Source: an uncultured Gammaproteobacteria bacterium (lineage in GTDB: Bacteria; Patescibacteriota; Microgenomatia; JAMCZE01). From it: 64,000 nucleotides of DNA. The notes under the pieces are model-generated. The model did not search any database and was not told the origin of the DNA. It saw nothing but the letters and a program-made list of their open reading frames with translations. Where the stretch lies: NCBI GenBank assembly GCA_964641255.1, contig CAZXMM010000001.1, positions 601,984 to 665,983 of the forward strand, in the 5' to 3' direction. Made by a program: the position numbers and the translations under genes. Of the stretch, positions 54,582 to 63,790 are shown in pieces (within the stretch, counting starts at the first letter, position 1; every line of letters starts with the position of its first letter).

Positions 54582-57260
54582 TTATTCGTCAATATCATCT
54601 TCAGGTAGTGCCGTGTTTTTAAACTTATTGGGACTCTTTTCTTGGCCGTTTGAAACTTTCTCTTTACTCTCTACTTTTAATTTATGAATGTACTTAATTG
54701 CCCAATTCTTCCTAGAAGCTTCAACTAGTGCTTCCATCTTTCCTTTGTCTTTAATAACTGGAATAAAGAGGGTTTCACCGGAGAATGGAGCTTCGGACTC
54801 AATAGCAGAAATTTTAATATAGAAGTGATAGCGAGACAGGTTTTGAATTTCTCCTTCTTCAACATATGGCGTAAACTGAGATAGCATCAATTGTTCATCA
54901 ATTGGGTTGCCAGATTTGAAACAAATTACGGTTGTGACGTTAGATAAAATCACGTTGACAATACTTCTGTCTTGCTGCTGTGACGTTGATTGTTCGGCGA
55001 TACAAACTTCTAGTCCATACTTTCTGCCTTCGGATAACATTTTAGAGAAGGACAATGTGGCAAAGTTTTGAAACTCGTCGACATAAAGATGAAACTGTTT
55101 TCTTTCACTTTGTGGCCGGTCTGCACGTTTAAGAGCAGCTTGCTGCAGCTTGGTTAAGATAGTTGTTCCCAGAAGCTTTGCTGTGTCCTCACCTAGCTTT
55201 CCTTGGGGAAGATTACAAATTAATATCTTTCCATCTAACACTTCGTCAAAATTGATTGTGGATTTCTTTTGTTCAAGTATTCGCTTTGCAGTTGGTGAGA
55301 AAAGGAATCGGCCGATCTTAGCAGTAACTCCACTGGTCATTTTAACTACTTGATAGTCACCAGCTCGACCAAACTCGAATTTCCAAAAGTTCTTCAGATT
55401 TTCGTCTTGTAGTTTGGCTACCACTTTTTGTTGGAATGGTGGATTGTTAAGTAAATCGTAAACTGTAAAAATCGTGGGTTCTTCTGTGGTAAACGCAGTG
55501 TGAATAGTATTTCTTAAGATATATTCGATTCTGTGAGCGTTGGCATTCTCCTCCTTGGAGAACACTTTTCTAAAAAGCGAAATTACCCCTTCAGCTACGA
55601 GTTCTTTTTCTAACTCCGCTTCATCTTCGTCTAGTCCAGGAGTTAACTCTAATAGATTAATTCCAATTGGATATTTAAGATCAACTGGATTGAAATATAT
55701 AAGGTCGTCTTTTCTATCTTCTGGAACTGAGGCTAGTAAGTCTTCGGAAACATCGCCATGAGGATCGACAAAAGCCATTCCTTCACCGCTTGCAATATCG
55801 TGCCTGGCCATGCTGAACATTAGCGTTGTTTTTCCACTCCCAGTTCGTCCAATAATATACATATGAGTTTTCCGCTCATCCGCGGTTAATCCAATTGGAG
55901 TTTCCGTTCCTGCATACGTGTTTTTTCCAAACACCACGCTTAGCTCTTTTCCTTGCTTTAAGGTGAGGGGTGCTGGAAGCTCTTTTGACATGATCTTAAC
56001 TATATTTTCAGTTTGCGTTACTTTGGCAAACGGAAAATGGAAGAGATCGGCTGCTTCTGAAACTGATAGAAGAGAATTACTGCTGTTTAATATTGGCGAT
56101 AAAAGGCGTTTCTCAAAAGCTAATAGTCTAAGTCTATTAGTTAAAACTCCTGGAAAACTATTCTTTGGCTGAATTGCTTGATATTGTGGCACTCCAAAAA
56201 CGGCCAAAGAGGAAGTAAAACCATCACTTCTTTCCTGACTGGCAGTTTTATCTTTCATAACTGTCAGAACCCGAATCGAGCTTTCAAAAAGAGATTGTTT
56301 AATCTTTTCTTGAATTGTTTCAACTGTCTGCTGTTCAAAACTACTTAAAACTCTTGCCGGTTTAACATGCGCCTGCTGTATCTGTTGTTGAGATTGCATT
56401 TGGTAAGCATAGGCAGGAGAAGAGCTTGGTGAGTGAACTAACTCGGTAATTATCCATTGAGTTTCCCTGCCTAATTCACTAATTCCCTTCATAAGGATAT
56501 TTAAAGCAAAATTCAATGGGTTCAGCCATTTAGGGAATTGGAAGCTATTCAAATAATCCAAAACATTTTCATTGTGCAGAATCATGGTCGATAATTTATT
56601 AACCTCACTCACTTTTGTCGGAGTTAACACTAACTGGAAGGCGATAAGTTCTCCAGGATTCAGTTTTGTCATCATGCCAGTGATATAGGCTACGGGATCG
56701 TGCTCATCTAGTACATTCTGTTTTTGCAACGGAAAGGCAAAATGTTTGCTTAACTTATACTCAGTTATTTTCGTGTGTGAAGTATCTGAAATTTTAGATA
56801 AGTATTCTTCAACTTCTTTTACATTCGCTTGTGGAACATATGAGAATAAGTTCCTTTTGACATTATTTACTTCCCTTGGAGAAGTTCTAATTAAAAATCT
56901 TATTCCTTGATCTAAAGTCGAAACTATTTCAAAGGAAAACACAATCTTCCTCCCTAAAACTCTGTCTATAAATTTCCTTTTACTTCCCAGGGTATGGACC
57001 ACGGCAAATAGTTGAGCGGTTGTATAAGCAGTTTTTTGGCTAAAGGCTGGCGGGGTGAGCTCCAAGAGGATGCTTTCTTCCTTGAGTTCTTTCCCCATAG
57101 AAATAAGCCTTCTAAGGAGTTGGATTAACCCTACAAATAAAATCAAACTGGAAATTATATAGAAAGCTGGAGCTAATTTAATTACCACGGACAGCATGTT
57201 AATCTGCAGTAAAGCGGCTTTGAATATCTGTCCAAACCCCAATTGCTTTAAAATGGTCAT
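54582..57260 (-). CDS. Type IV coupling protein-like ATPase (VirD4/TraD/TcpA-like), 892 aa
   Basis: N-terminal TM helices. Walker A IIGRTGSGKTTLM. Walker B LYVDEF. Confidence 0.5.
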   Translation of the reverse strand: MTILKQLGFGQIFKAALLQINMLSVVIKLAPAFYIISSLILFVGLIQLLRRLISMGKELKEESILLELTPPAFSQKTAYTTAQLFAVVHTLGSKRKFIDRVLGRKIVFSFEIVSTLDQGIRFLIRTSPREVNNVKRNLFSYVPQANVKEVEEYLSKISDTSHTKITEYKLSKHFAFPLQKQNVLDEHDPVAYITGMMTKLNPGELIAFQLVLTPTKVSEVNKLSTMILHNENVLDYLNSFQFPKWLNPLNFALNILMKGISELGRETQWIITELVHSPSSSPAYAYQMQSQQQIQQAHVKPARVLSSFEQQTVETIQEKIKQSLFESSIRVLTVMKDKTASQERSDGFTSSLAVFGVPQYQAIQPKNSFPGVLTNRLRLLAFEKRLLSPILNSSNSLLSVSEAADLFHFPFAKVTQTENIVKIMSKELPAPLTLKQGKELSVVFGKNTYAGTETPIGLTADERKTHMYIIGRTGSGKTTLMFSMARHDIASGEGMAFVDPHGDVSEDLLASVPEDRKDDLIYFNPVDLKYPIGINLLELTPGLDEDEAELEKELVAEGVISLFRKVFSKEENANAHRIEYILRNTIHTAFTTEEPTIFTVYDLLNNPPFQQKVVAKLQDENLKNFWKFEFGRAGDYQVVKMTSGVTAKIGRFLFSPTAKRILEQKKSTINFDEVLDGKILICNLPQGKLGEDTAKLLGTTILTKLQQAALKRADRPQSERKQFHLYVDEFQNFATLSFSKMLSEGRKYGLEVCIAEQSTSQQQDRSIVNVILSNVTTVICFKSGNPIDEQLMLSQFTPYVEEGEIQNLSRYHFYIKISAIESEAPFSGETLFIPVIKDKGKMEALVEASRKNWAIKYIHKLKVESKEKVSNGQEKSPNKFKNTALPEDDIDE

Positions 57261-57374
57261 TTCCGTCTCATTTGTGGGCAGACAGACTTTGAAATAATAA
57301 GACTACGTGAGCAGTAAACGGAGTATAGCTTATTGTTAAGCTCCAAGCAAAAAGAAAGTCCAGTAAGTTGTGGG

Positions 57375-57617
57375 TTAAAAAGGCAAAATTTGTGAAGATC
57401 TAACGTTTAAGACTTTACAGATTTTTTCCATTACGGAGAAGGTTAAATTTTGTTCACCTCTCTCAATCCCTGCATAGTAAGTTTCAGAAATTCCCACGTT
57501 TTTAGCAACTTCCTCTTGAGTCCAACGCTTTTTGTCTCTGATCTCCCTGACTTTTCGGCCAAACTCTTCGAGTGACCGTCTATTTATGTCTACTGGCATG
57601 AAATTAGTATAGCGCAT
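57375..57617 (-). CDS. XRE-family HTH regulator
   Basis: WTQEEVAKNVGISETYYAGIERGEQNLTFSVMEKI. Confidence 0.6.
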   Translation of the reverse strand: MRYTNFMPVDINRRSLEEFGRKVREIRDKKRWTQEEVAKNVGISETYYAGIERGEQNLTFSVMEKICKVLNVRSSQILPF

Positions 57618-57674
57618 TTTAAAAAGAGCTTTTCAAGTATTTAATAGCTGGGTCTGTAAAAGCAATTCTCGTGC

Positions 57675-57719
57675 TTGACAGGTGTAACTATAGTTACTAT
57701 ACTATAAATATAGTTACAC
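57675..57719 (+). promoter_or_regulatory. Sigma70-like promoter TTGACA-N17-TATACT overlapped by an 11-bp inverted repeat (operator candidate)
   Basis: TTGACA 57675-80, TATACT 57698-703, IR GTGTAACTATA (57683-93) / TATAGTTACAC (57709-19). Confidence 0.45.
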
Positions 57720-57737
57720 CGCAATATCGAATAAAAC

Positions 57738-57923
57738 ATGTTAACGCCAGAATTATTAGAGGAATTTAAGAGACTATACCAAAAGAAATACAATATTAGT
57801 CTTTCTGATGAAGAAAACACTCGACTGGCAACAGACTTTCTAAATTTAATGAAAGTTTTATTAAGGCCGAAGCCAAAAAAAGCCGAGAGTAATGAAAGTT
57901 ATCAATCGGCAAGCCAAATATGA
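57738..57923 (+). CDS. Small protein upstream of and overlapping (ATGA) the recombinase; possible directionality factor or regulator
   Basis: ORF track. 4-nt overlap with the recombinase start. Confidence 0.25.
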   Translation: MLTPELLEEFKRLYQKKYNISLSDEENTRLATDFLNLMKVLLRPKPKKAESNESYQSASQI

Positions 57924-59662
57924 GATTAAACGAATATACAAACGTGCAATCGTCTGTTCAACAATTACCTACCGTTCCCAGATATATCATGTACTGCCGA
58001 AAAAGCAGTGAGTCTGACGAGCGACAAATCCAGTCTTTACCCGACCAAATCACAAGTTTGACAAATCTTGTCAAAGGGCAAGGAATGAACCTGGTGGGAG
58101 AAGCCTTACAAGAATCCAGAACAGCCAAAATTCCAGGCAGACCAGTATTTGAACAGCTAATCCAAATGATAGAAAACGGCAAAGCAAACAGCATCGTACT
58201 CCTTAACCCCTCACGTCTTTCTCGAAACACAGTAGATACTGGAAGAGTAATTTATATGATGGATCAGGGAAAGCTTCTTGAAGTGATGACGCCTTATCAA
58301 ACATTTAAAAACAATCCTAATGATAAATTCATGCTCAATTTGCTATGTAGTCAAGCTAAGTTAGAAAACGACAATAAAAGCGTTAACATAAAAGAATCGC
58401 TGAAGCTTAAATCAGAACGCGGCATTTTCCCTGGTAAGGCTAGACCCGGTTATAAAAATAATCACGAAAAACCTCAAGGGCTAAGAGACATTTCTGCTCA
58501 TTCAGTTTATTTTCCGTTAATGAGGAAACTCTTCGACTTAGCCTTAACTGGAAACTACAGTGTTGAAAAACTGGTTGTTGAATCTGAAAAGCTGGGAATA
58601 CGAAGTTCCAAAAGTGGAAAGACTATTTGTAAAAGTTGGATGCACCGAATTCTCAGAGACCCCTTCTACACAGGGCGGTTTATTTACAACGGAAAGATAT
58701 TTAAAGGACAGCATCCGGCCATAATTAGCGATGAAGAGTTTAACCTCTTGCAAGATATTTTAGACGGAAGGACAAAACCAAGACAATACCGACACGACTT
58801 TGCTTTAAATGGAATTATTAAATGTGGAAGCTGCGGTTATTGCGTAACAGCTGAAGAACATACCAAGAGATATAAAAATGGCAAATGTCAGGTTTTTGCC
58901 TATTATCACTGCACTAAAAAAGGCAGCGACAAATGTGACCAACCCTATGTACGTACTTCCAAGTTAGAAGTACAGTTTGCTTCTGAGTTAACTCAATTAG
59001 AGTTAGATAAAGATTCTCTTGGATGGGCATATAAAGCTTTAGATCTTGTAAAAGAGAAAGACAGCGTAGTAACCAAAGATAGTTCTGAAGCTATCAAAAT
59101 TACTTTAGACGGAGTCAATAAACGAATTGATAATTTATTAGCTCTTAAAATCTCTCCGGTCAATTCTGACGGCAGCTTACTGTCTGATAGCGAATTCTCT
59201 GATAGGAAAAGAAAACTAATGGAAGAAAAAGACCAAATAATTCAGCAACTTTCACAAGTTAATTCCAATAATAATGAATGGATTGATTTGGCAGATGGCA
59301 GTTTTGAGTTTGGTCGATTAGCTTATGACAGGTTTATAAACGGGGACTCAGAGGATAAGAAAGTCATTTTTAAGACAATCGGCTCGAACCAAATCTTAAT
59401 AGATCAAAAATTGCAATTTCAGCTTCGAAAACTATTTCTCTATTATAAAAGGGGCGCAAATGGGGGAGGAGAGAAGAAAGACCCGCTCGTACCTAAAGAC
59501 GGACTGTTAAATCAATCTAATCTCAATTTTTCTGAAAAAAGTTCTCTATGGTGCGGACGAGAGGAGTTGAACCTCCACACCCTTGCGGGCACCAGCACCT
59601 CAAGCTGGCGTGTATACCATTTCACCACGTCCGCTGATTTTTTACAGAATCTTGTGCCGTGA
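57920..59662 (+). CDS. Large serine recombinase (resolvase catalytic domain + recombinase domain + zinc ribbon)
   Basis: YCRKSSESDERQIQSLPDQ catalytic Ser region. CGSCGYC...C zinc ribbon. The 3' end reads antisense through tRNA-Leu(GAG). Confidence 0.8.
   Translation: MRLNEYTNVQSSVQQLPTVPRYIMYCRKSSESDERQIQSLPDQITSLTNLVKGQGMNLVGEALQESRTAKIPGRPVFEQLIQMIENGKANSIVLLNPSRLSRNTVDTGRVIYMMDQGKLLEVMTPYQTFKNNPNDKFMLNLLCSQAKLENDNKSVNIKESLKLKSERGIFPGKARPGYKNNHEKPQGLRDISAHSVYFPLMRKLFDLALTGNYSVEKLVVESEKLGIRSSKSGKTICKSWMHRILRDPFYTGRFIYNGKIFKGQHPAIISDEEFNLLQDILDGRTKPRQYRHDFALNGIIKCGSCGYCVTAEEHTKRYKNGKCQVFAYYHCTKKGSDKCDQPYVRTSKLEVQFASELTQLELDKDSLGWAYKALDLVKEKDSVVTKDSSEAIKITLDGVNKRIDNLLALKISPVNSDGSLLSDSEFSDRKRKLMEEKDQIIQQLSQVNSNNNEWIDLADGSFEFGRLAYDRFINGDSEDKKVIFKTIGSNQILIDQKLQFQLRKLFLYYKRGANGGGEKKDPLVPKDGLLNQSNLNFSEKSSLWCGREELNLHTLAGTSTSSWRVYHFTTSADFLQNLVP
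59549..59634 (-). tRNA. tRNA-Leu (anticodon GAG), CCA encoded
   Basis: GCGGACG...CCAGC-TTGAGGT-GCTGG, long variable arm, GGAGG-TTCAACT-CCTCT, CGTCCGC-A-CCA. Confidence 0.8.
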
Positions 59663-59741
59663 GGGAGAGTTGAACTCCCACTCCTTGTTTAAGGGAACAG
59701 GCTTCTGAGGCCTGCGTGTCTGCCAGTTCCACCATCACGGC
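59655..59741 (-). tRNA. tRNA-Leu (anticodon CAG)
   Basis: GCCGTGA...CAGGC-CTCAGAA-GCCTG, long variable arm, GGGAG-TTCAACT-CTCCC, TCACGGC-A. Confidence 0.8.
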
Positions 59742-59769
59742 ATTCTGGTTGACCAGCTTACCTATTTTG

Positions 59770-59842
59770 TGCCGAGGTACAGAATCGAACTGTAATCTGA
59801 TGCTCTTCAGGCACCCGCCGTGACCAACTTGGCTACCTCGGC
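59770..59842 (-). tRNA. tRNA-Phe (anticodon GAA)
   Basis: GCCGAGG...GGTGC-CTGAAGA-GCATC-AGAT-TACAG-TTCGATT-CTGTA-CCTCGGC-A. Confidence 0.7.
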
Positions 59843-59863
59843 TTAAATAAAAACTACTTTGGG

Positions 59864-59934
59864 AGCGGGATACCAGAATCGAACTGGTGCTCACACTTTG
59901 GAAAAGTGTTGTTCTACCATTGAACTAATCCCGC
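59864..59934 (-). tRNA. tRNA-Gly (anticodon UCC)
   Basis: GCGGGAT-TA-GTTC-AATGGTA-GAAC-A-ACACT-TTTCCAA-AGTGT-GAGC-ACCAG-TTCGATT-CTGGT-ATCCCGC-T. Confidence 0.8.
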
Positions 59935-59993
59935 TTTCGCTGCGCTTCGGCGGGCAAGCCCGCTTCATCAGCGTTGTTTATTATATATTATTG

Positions 59994-60065
59994 TCGGGGT
60001 GAGAGGAATTGAACCTCCTGCTTCTCGGTCCCAAACCGAGCGTTCTACCGATGAACTACACCCCG
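59994..60065 (-). tRNA. tRNA-Pro (anticodon UGG)
   Basis: CGGGGTG-TA-GTTC-ATCGGTA-GAAC-G-CTCGG-TTTGGGA-CCGAG-AAGCA-GGAGG-TTCAATT-CCTCT-CACCCCG-A. C1:G72 and A73 are typical of tRNA-Pro. Confidence 0.8.
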
Positions 60066-60076
60066 AAACCTCTTAG

Positions 60077-60158
60077 TGCCGAGGATGGGAGTCGAACCCA
60101 TATCCCTTGAGAGGACACGATTTTAAGTCGTGCGTGTATACCATTCCACCACCCCGGC
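60077..60158 (-). tRNA. tRNA-Leu (anticodon UAA)
   Basis: GCCGGGG...CACGA-CTTAAAA-TCGTG, long variable arm, ATGGG-TTCGACT-CCCAT, CCTCGGC-A. Confidence 0.75.
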
Positions 60159-60394
60159 TAGCTATGCTTAGTCCTTACGAATAGTGACGGCTTTTATTTC
60201 CAGTTCGTTGTCCTTATCAACCATCTCCTCGAGCATCTCAAGAAGCTTTTGAATTTTGTCTTCAGGACCAACGAACTCCATGATGAGTCGTTGCAAATCA
60301 TCGGCCATATGTAAAATTCCTTTCTCTGTAATTTTAGCATGCCTAAAGCCAAAGTACGATAAGAACTACCAAAGGGGGGGTCTTTTCTATATAA

Positions 60395-62020
60395 TTACGT
60401 CAGCTGCGGGCGTTGTATACCGGTAATACGTCTCCTTGCCAAGGAGAAGACAGAGGGTTCGATTCCCTTCGCCCGCTCCATATCGGACTGCATTTGCAAA
60501 AATGCCTTTTTAGACCGATCTATAGAGCTATTTTCAGGTTCGAGCCACTCATTTTTCCGAATTACGCTTTTTTCAGTCTCTTTTATGTACACAAATGCGT
60601 TTTTGGCGTTGATTCGGACTATTCTGTCTTTCAACTCCAGGTTCGAGCCGAGAATCCTCAGTACCATTCTTTTGGCTTCCGTGTCGTAAGAATGGAAGAT
60701 TTTAGTGACGTTGGATAGAAATGCTAACACCTCTTCCATCACCTCAGTCCAGTTAGTTAAACCGTCGCTGGCAATGTTATCCTTTGTCTGTTTTTCTTCA
60801 ACCAAAAGACGACTTTTTTCCTTTTTATACTCATCATCGCTAATTAAACCTTCAATCTTCATTCCATAAAGGTTTTTCTTCTCAACTAAAATAGCGTCAA
60901 GGCGTTTGGTCAGTTTACTTTTCTGTCCGCGCTCGAATTCAAATTCCCTCTCGTTTCTTCTTCTGAGGTTTTTCCTGACCCAGGTCACAAACGTAGGTCT
61001 TATTTCCAAACTGTTGATAAACTCAGTTACCTGTTTCTCAACTTCAATTGCATTAAGGTATGGCTGACTACATGGTCCTTTTTTCTTAACACACCTGGCA
61101 TAGATGAAAGTCTGAGAGTTGCCGTTTTTATATTCCTTAGTTTTGCGGTCACAGGTAATTGCAGAGCCGCACTCCCCGCACTTGAGTGTTTTCATGAAGT
61201 AAAAGTCATTTGTAAATTGGTGTATCTTGGCTCTGCCATCAATGGTGTCCTGAACCCGATAATATTCATCAAGTGTTACCATTGGTGTGTGTTTTCCGTT
61301 AAATCGTTCTCCTACGTAGTCAAATAATCCGGCGTAGAAGATATTTCTAAAAAACCGGAAAGCTTCGGTTCTGCTTACCGGTTTGCCTGTTCTCTTGCTT
61401 TTTAGTCCCAAGGCAGTAATTTTCTGCAGAGAACTCTCGACAGTTTCATTGCCTGTCAGCATTAACTCCCACCACGACCGACACAGGTTAAACCGTTCCG
61501 GATCAGGAAGAACTTCCTTTTGCCCCTTCGGCTTTATGGGATCGTTAACATAACCTAATGGTGCTGAACCTGGCCTCCACCCGTTTTGAACTTTTGTATT
61601 CATTCCACGCTTAACATTATCGGAAAGATCTTTGCTAAATTTAGTTGCCATGCCGAACTCAATAAATAGAAAGGTTGAGTTATTTCGGTCGTAGTCCATT
61701 GTCGGTGTAACAATCTGCATTCCGTTATAGTCGACATGATCAATGAGGGTTCCGCCTTCTTTGGCATTCCGGCATAAACGGTCAGCCTTCCAGCAAATTA
61801 TATGGTTGGCTTCACCCTGAGATATCCTGGCAAGCATCTGCTTAAACTCCGGTCTCTTGTCCGGTCGTTTGGCTGATTTGCTCTCTCTATACACGCCAAT
61901 AACAGCGAAGCCTTTGTCCGCCGCTAGTTCGCTACAAATTTTTTCCTGATCATCAAGAGAGAGAATTTGGCGGTCTTTATCCTCGGAAGATTTTCTACAG
62001 TATATAAAACAAGTATTCAT
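60395..62020 (-). CDS. Large serine recombinase, paralogue of 57920..59662. Its 3' end reads antisense through tRNA-Gly(GCC).
   Basis: FIYCRKSSEDKDRQILSLDDQ. Zinc ribbon KCGECGSAITCD. Coiled-coil C-terminus. Confidence 0.8.
   Translation of the reverse strand: MNTCFIYCRKSSEDKDRQILSLDDQEKICSELAADKGFAVIGVYRESKSAKRPDKRPEFKQMLARISQGEANHIICWKADRLCRNAKEGGTLIDHVDYNGMQIVTPTMDYDRNNSTFLFIEFGMATKFSKDLSDNVKRGMNTKVQNGWRPGSAPLGYVNDPIKPKGQKEVLPDPERFNLCRSWWELMLTGNETVESSLQKITALGLKSKRTGKPVSRTEAFRFFRNIFYAGLFDYVGERFNGKHTPMVTLDEYYRVQDTIDGRAKIHQFTNDFYFMKTLKCGECGSAITCDRKTKEYKNGNSQTFIYARCVKKKGPCSQPYLNAIEVEKQVTEFINSLEIRPTFVTWVRKNLRRRNEREFEFERGQKSKLTKRLDAILVEKKNLYGMKIEGLISDDEYKKEKSRLLVEEKQTKDNIASDGLTNWTEVMEEVLAFLSNVTKIFHSYDTEAKRMVLRILGSNLELKDRIVRINAKNAFVYIKETEKSVIRKNEWLEPENSSIDRSKKAFLQMQSDMERAKGIEPSVFSLARRRITGIQRPQLT
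60406..60480 (+). tRNA. tRNA-Gly (anticodon GCC), CCA encoded
   Basis: GCGGGCG-TT-GTAT-ACCGGTA-ATAC-G-TCTCC-TTGCCAA-GGAGA-AGACA-GAGGG-TTCGATT-CCCTT-CGCCCGC-T-CCA. Confidence 0.85.
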
Positions 62021-62049
62021 GTTATTTGGTCTTCCAAGTAAGATTATTC

Positions 62050-62307
62050 TTACTTCTGGATTGTGTTGATGTTAACTCTATTACGTTTGTTTGCAAGTGA
62101 TTTTTCGATTAAGGTATCCACCAACAGCAATAATGCAGTCGCTTGCTCAAAAGCCTGCTCGTCAGTTAACCGTACTCCATACTCTTTAAGGGCTATTTCC
62201 TTAAACTCATCGAGTTCCTCTCTGGTTACGAGAGAGTTTGTAAGTATTAGGGTGTTACCGTTATTAGTTGTTTTCTGGGCAGCAATTTCTGTCATCTTTA
62301 TAACCAA
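62050..62307 (-). CDS. Small hypothetical protein
   Basis: ORF track. Confidence 0.3.
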   Translation of the reverse strand: MVIKMTEIAAQKTTNNGNTLILTNSLVTREELDEFKEIALKEYGVRLTDEQAFEQATALLLLVDTLIEKSLANKRNRVNINTIQK

Positions 62308-62711
62308 AGGTACAGAAACTGTCGATTTACCTCAATAAACTTTATGATTGGATTTGTCCACTTGTGTAAATATTCAGATGATTTGTGTACATTACTGATC
62401 AATTAAGCAGAATTTGCTATGATAAAAATATGCCGACCTTTTTCCATCAGGAGAAAAAACAGCCTTTTATGTACTCAGCGATTGAAACCCGTAGGAGCAA
62501 ACCAAACTATTCAGGTTGGGTTATTGGAGGTGTTTTGTTGACCGGCTTATTACTCGGGGCATATCTAATTCTTACCTAGTGCGATTGACTCTGAAAGGCA
62601 TTTTTGGTATATTTACAGTACCGAATGACCTTTGTGGTGAAGGTACCTTACTTTTAGGGAACTGTTGACATTAGCAATAGTGATTCAACTTAGCCACAGA
62701 GGTCGCTTTTT

Positions 62712-63347
62712 TTAGTAGGGCTTCCACAAATCTTCTTCCCGTTTTCTGATCAGCTTATAAAACGAATCGTCCTTTTTGTTGTATTTTCTGTAAATTGCTC
62801 CGCACACCATATCAGCCAGCTGTAAGAGGTTGTTGCTTTTGGAATCCTTGTGCCGGATCTCCCCAATGAGTTTATTCATATCAGTGTTTAGTTTTCTCTT
62901 CAGGTAATGATTGAATTTCTGAATGAAGGCTTTTGACTGTGCAGTTCTGTCAACAAAAAGTGAAGCGTTTTTCACTCTGCCCTGTGCTCTGAGGAACAAC
63001 TGATCAGTAACCAGCATATATAAACTTTCTTCAGGATTATGAGGCTCGCGTTGCGCGAGTTTTTCTTTATCAATGACTATCGTCCGGTACCGGAAGTCAT
63101 ATTTTGAGAGTTTGCTCAGAAACACAGTCTTATACTTATTCGATGTTCCCGTACTAAACTTAAACTCTTTATTATCGGGAAATTTGAGTTCCTTATGTAA
63201 TTGGTTAATCGCTTCGTTTGCTTCCGCCGCACTTTCAAGATTGTCGAAGATAACGATTGTTAAAACAAAATACCTACTGGAGGCAGTCTTCAGCTTAAAT
63301 CCGGTGTCCCCGGATTCATCCATAAAAATAAGCATCGCTAGCGGCAT
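62712..63347 (-). CDS. DUF3800-family protein
   Basis: N-terminal MLIFMDESGDTG is the DUF3800 hallmark (IDESG). Confidence 0.5.
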   Translation of the reverse strand: MPLAMLIFMDESGDTGFKLKTASSRYFVLTIVIFDNLESAAEANEAINQLHKELKFPDNKEFKFSTGTSNKYKTVFLSKLSKYDFRYRTIVIDKEKLAQREPHNPEESLYMLVTDQLFLRAQGRVKNASLFVDRTAQSKAFIQKFNHYLKRKLNTDMNKLIGEIRHKDSKSNNLLQLADMVCGAIYRKYNKKDDSFYKLIRKREEDLWKPY

Positions 63348-63790
63348 AAGCCCCCCTTTAAAACAACGTTCACCCCATACTGAGTAAAATCCTCTGGTAT
63401 AAAAAAGTAGTCGGCTATTTCTGCAGCCGGAAGATGTTTAACTTTCCCGAGTTCAGACTTTGGCATAAGAAGTTCGGCAGCGAAACACTGTGCTTCATGT
63501 TCCTGCTTAAAGGCAGTGAACTGGTCCCTGCTTTCAAAATAGAAGTGATTTCCCTGATGCAGGAAGTGATGTCCTAAGGCGTGAGCAATTAGTTCGCGCT
63601 GTTTTTTGGGACATTCGTTTTTGTTAATGCCGATACAGTCACCGAGATAGACCTCTTTCACCCTTCCATGAAACGACCAACTATCAAGTATCAGCTCTTC
63701 GCCGTCAATAATTGTCTGTAAATTAATCGGGGCAGTAGTCAGGTTGTACTTGCGCAAAACCTGCCTAGCCTTTTTTTGGGCTTTTATCAT
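63338..63790 (-). CDS. ImmA/IrrE-family zinc metallopeptidase
   Basis: HEXXH in ELIAHALGHHFLH. Upstream partner is the XRE gene. Confidence 0.6.
   Translation of the reverse strand: MIKAQKKARQVLRKYNLTTAPINLQTIIDGEELILDSWSFHGRVKEVYLGDCIGINKNECPKKQRELIAHALGHHFLHQGNHFYFESRDQFTAFKQEHEAQCFAAELLMPKSELGKVKHLPAAEIADYFFIPEDFTQYGVNVVLKGGLCR

Noticed and set aside
60530-60650. Two GGTTCGAGCC T-loop-like motifs on the plus strand suggesting additional tRNAs
   Set aside because: No acceptor, D or anticodon stems can be built around them. They lie inside the recombinase coding region.
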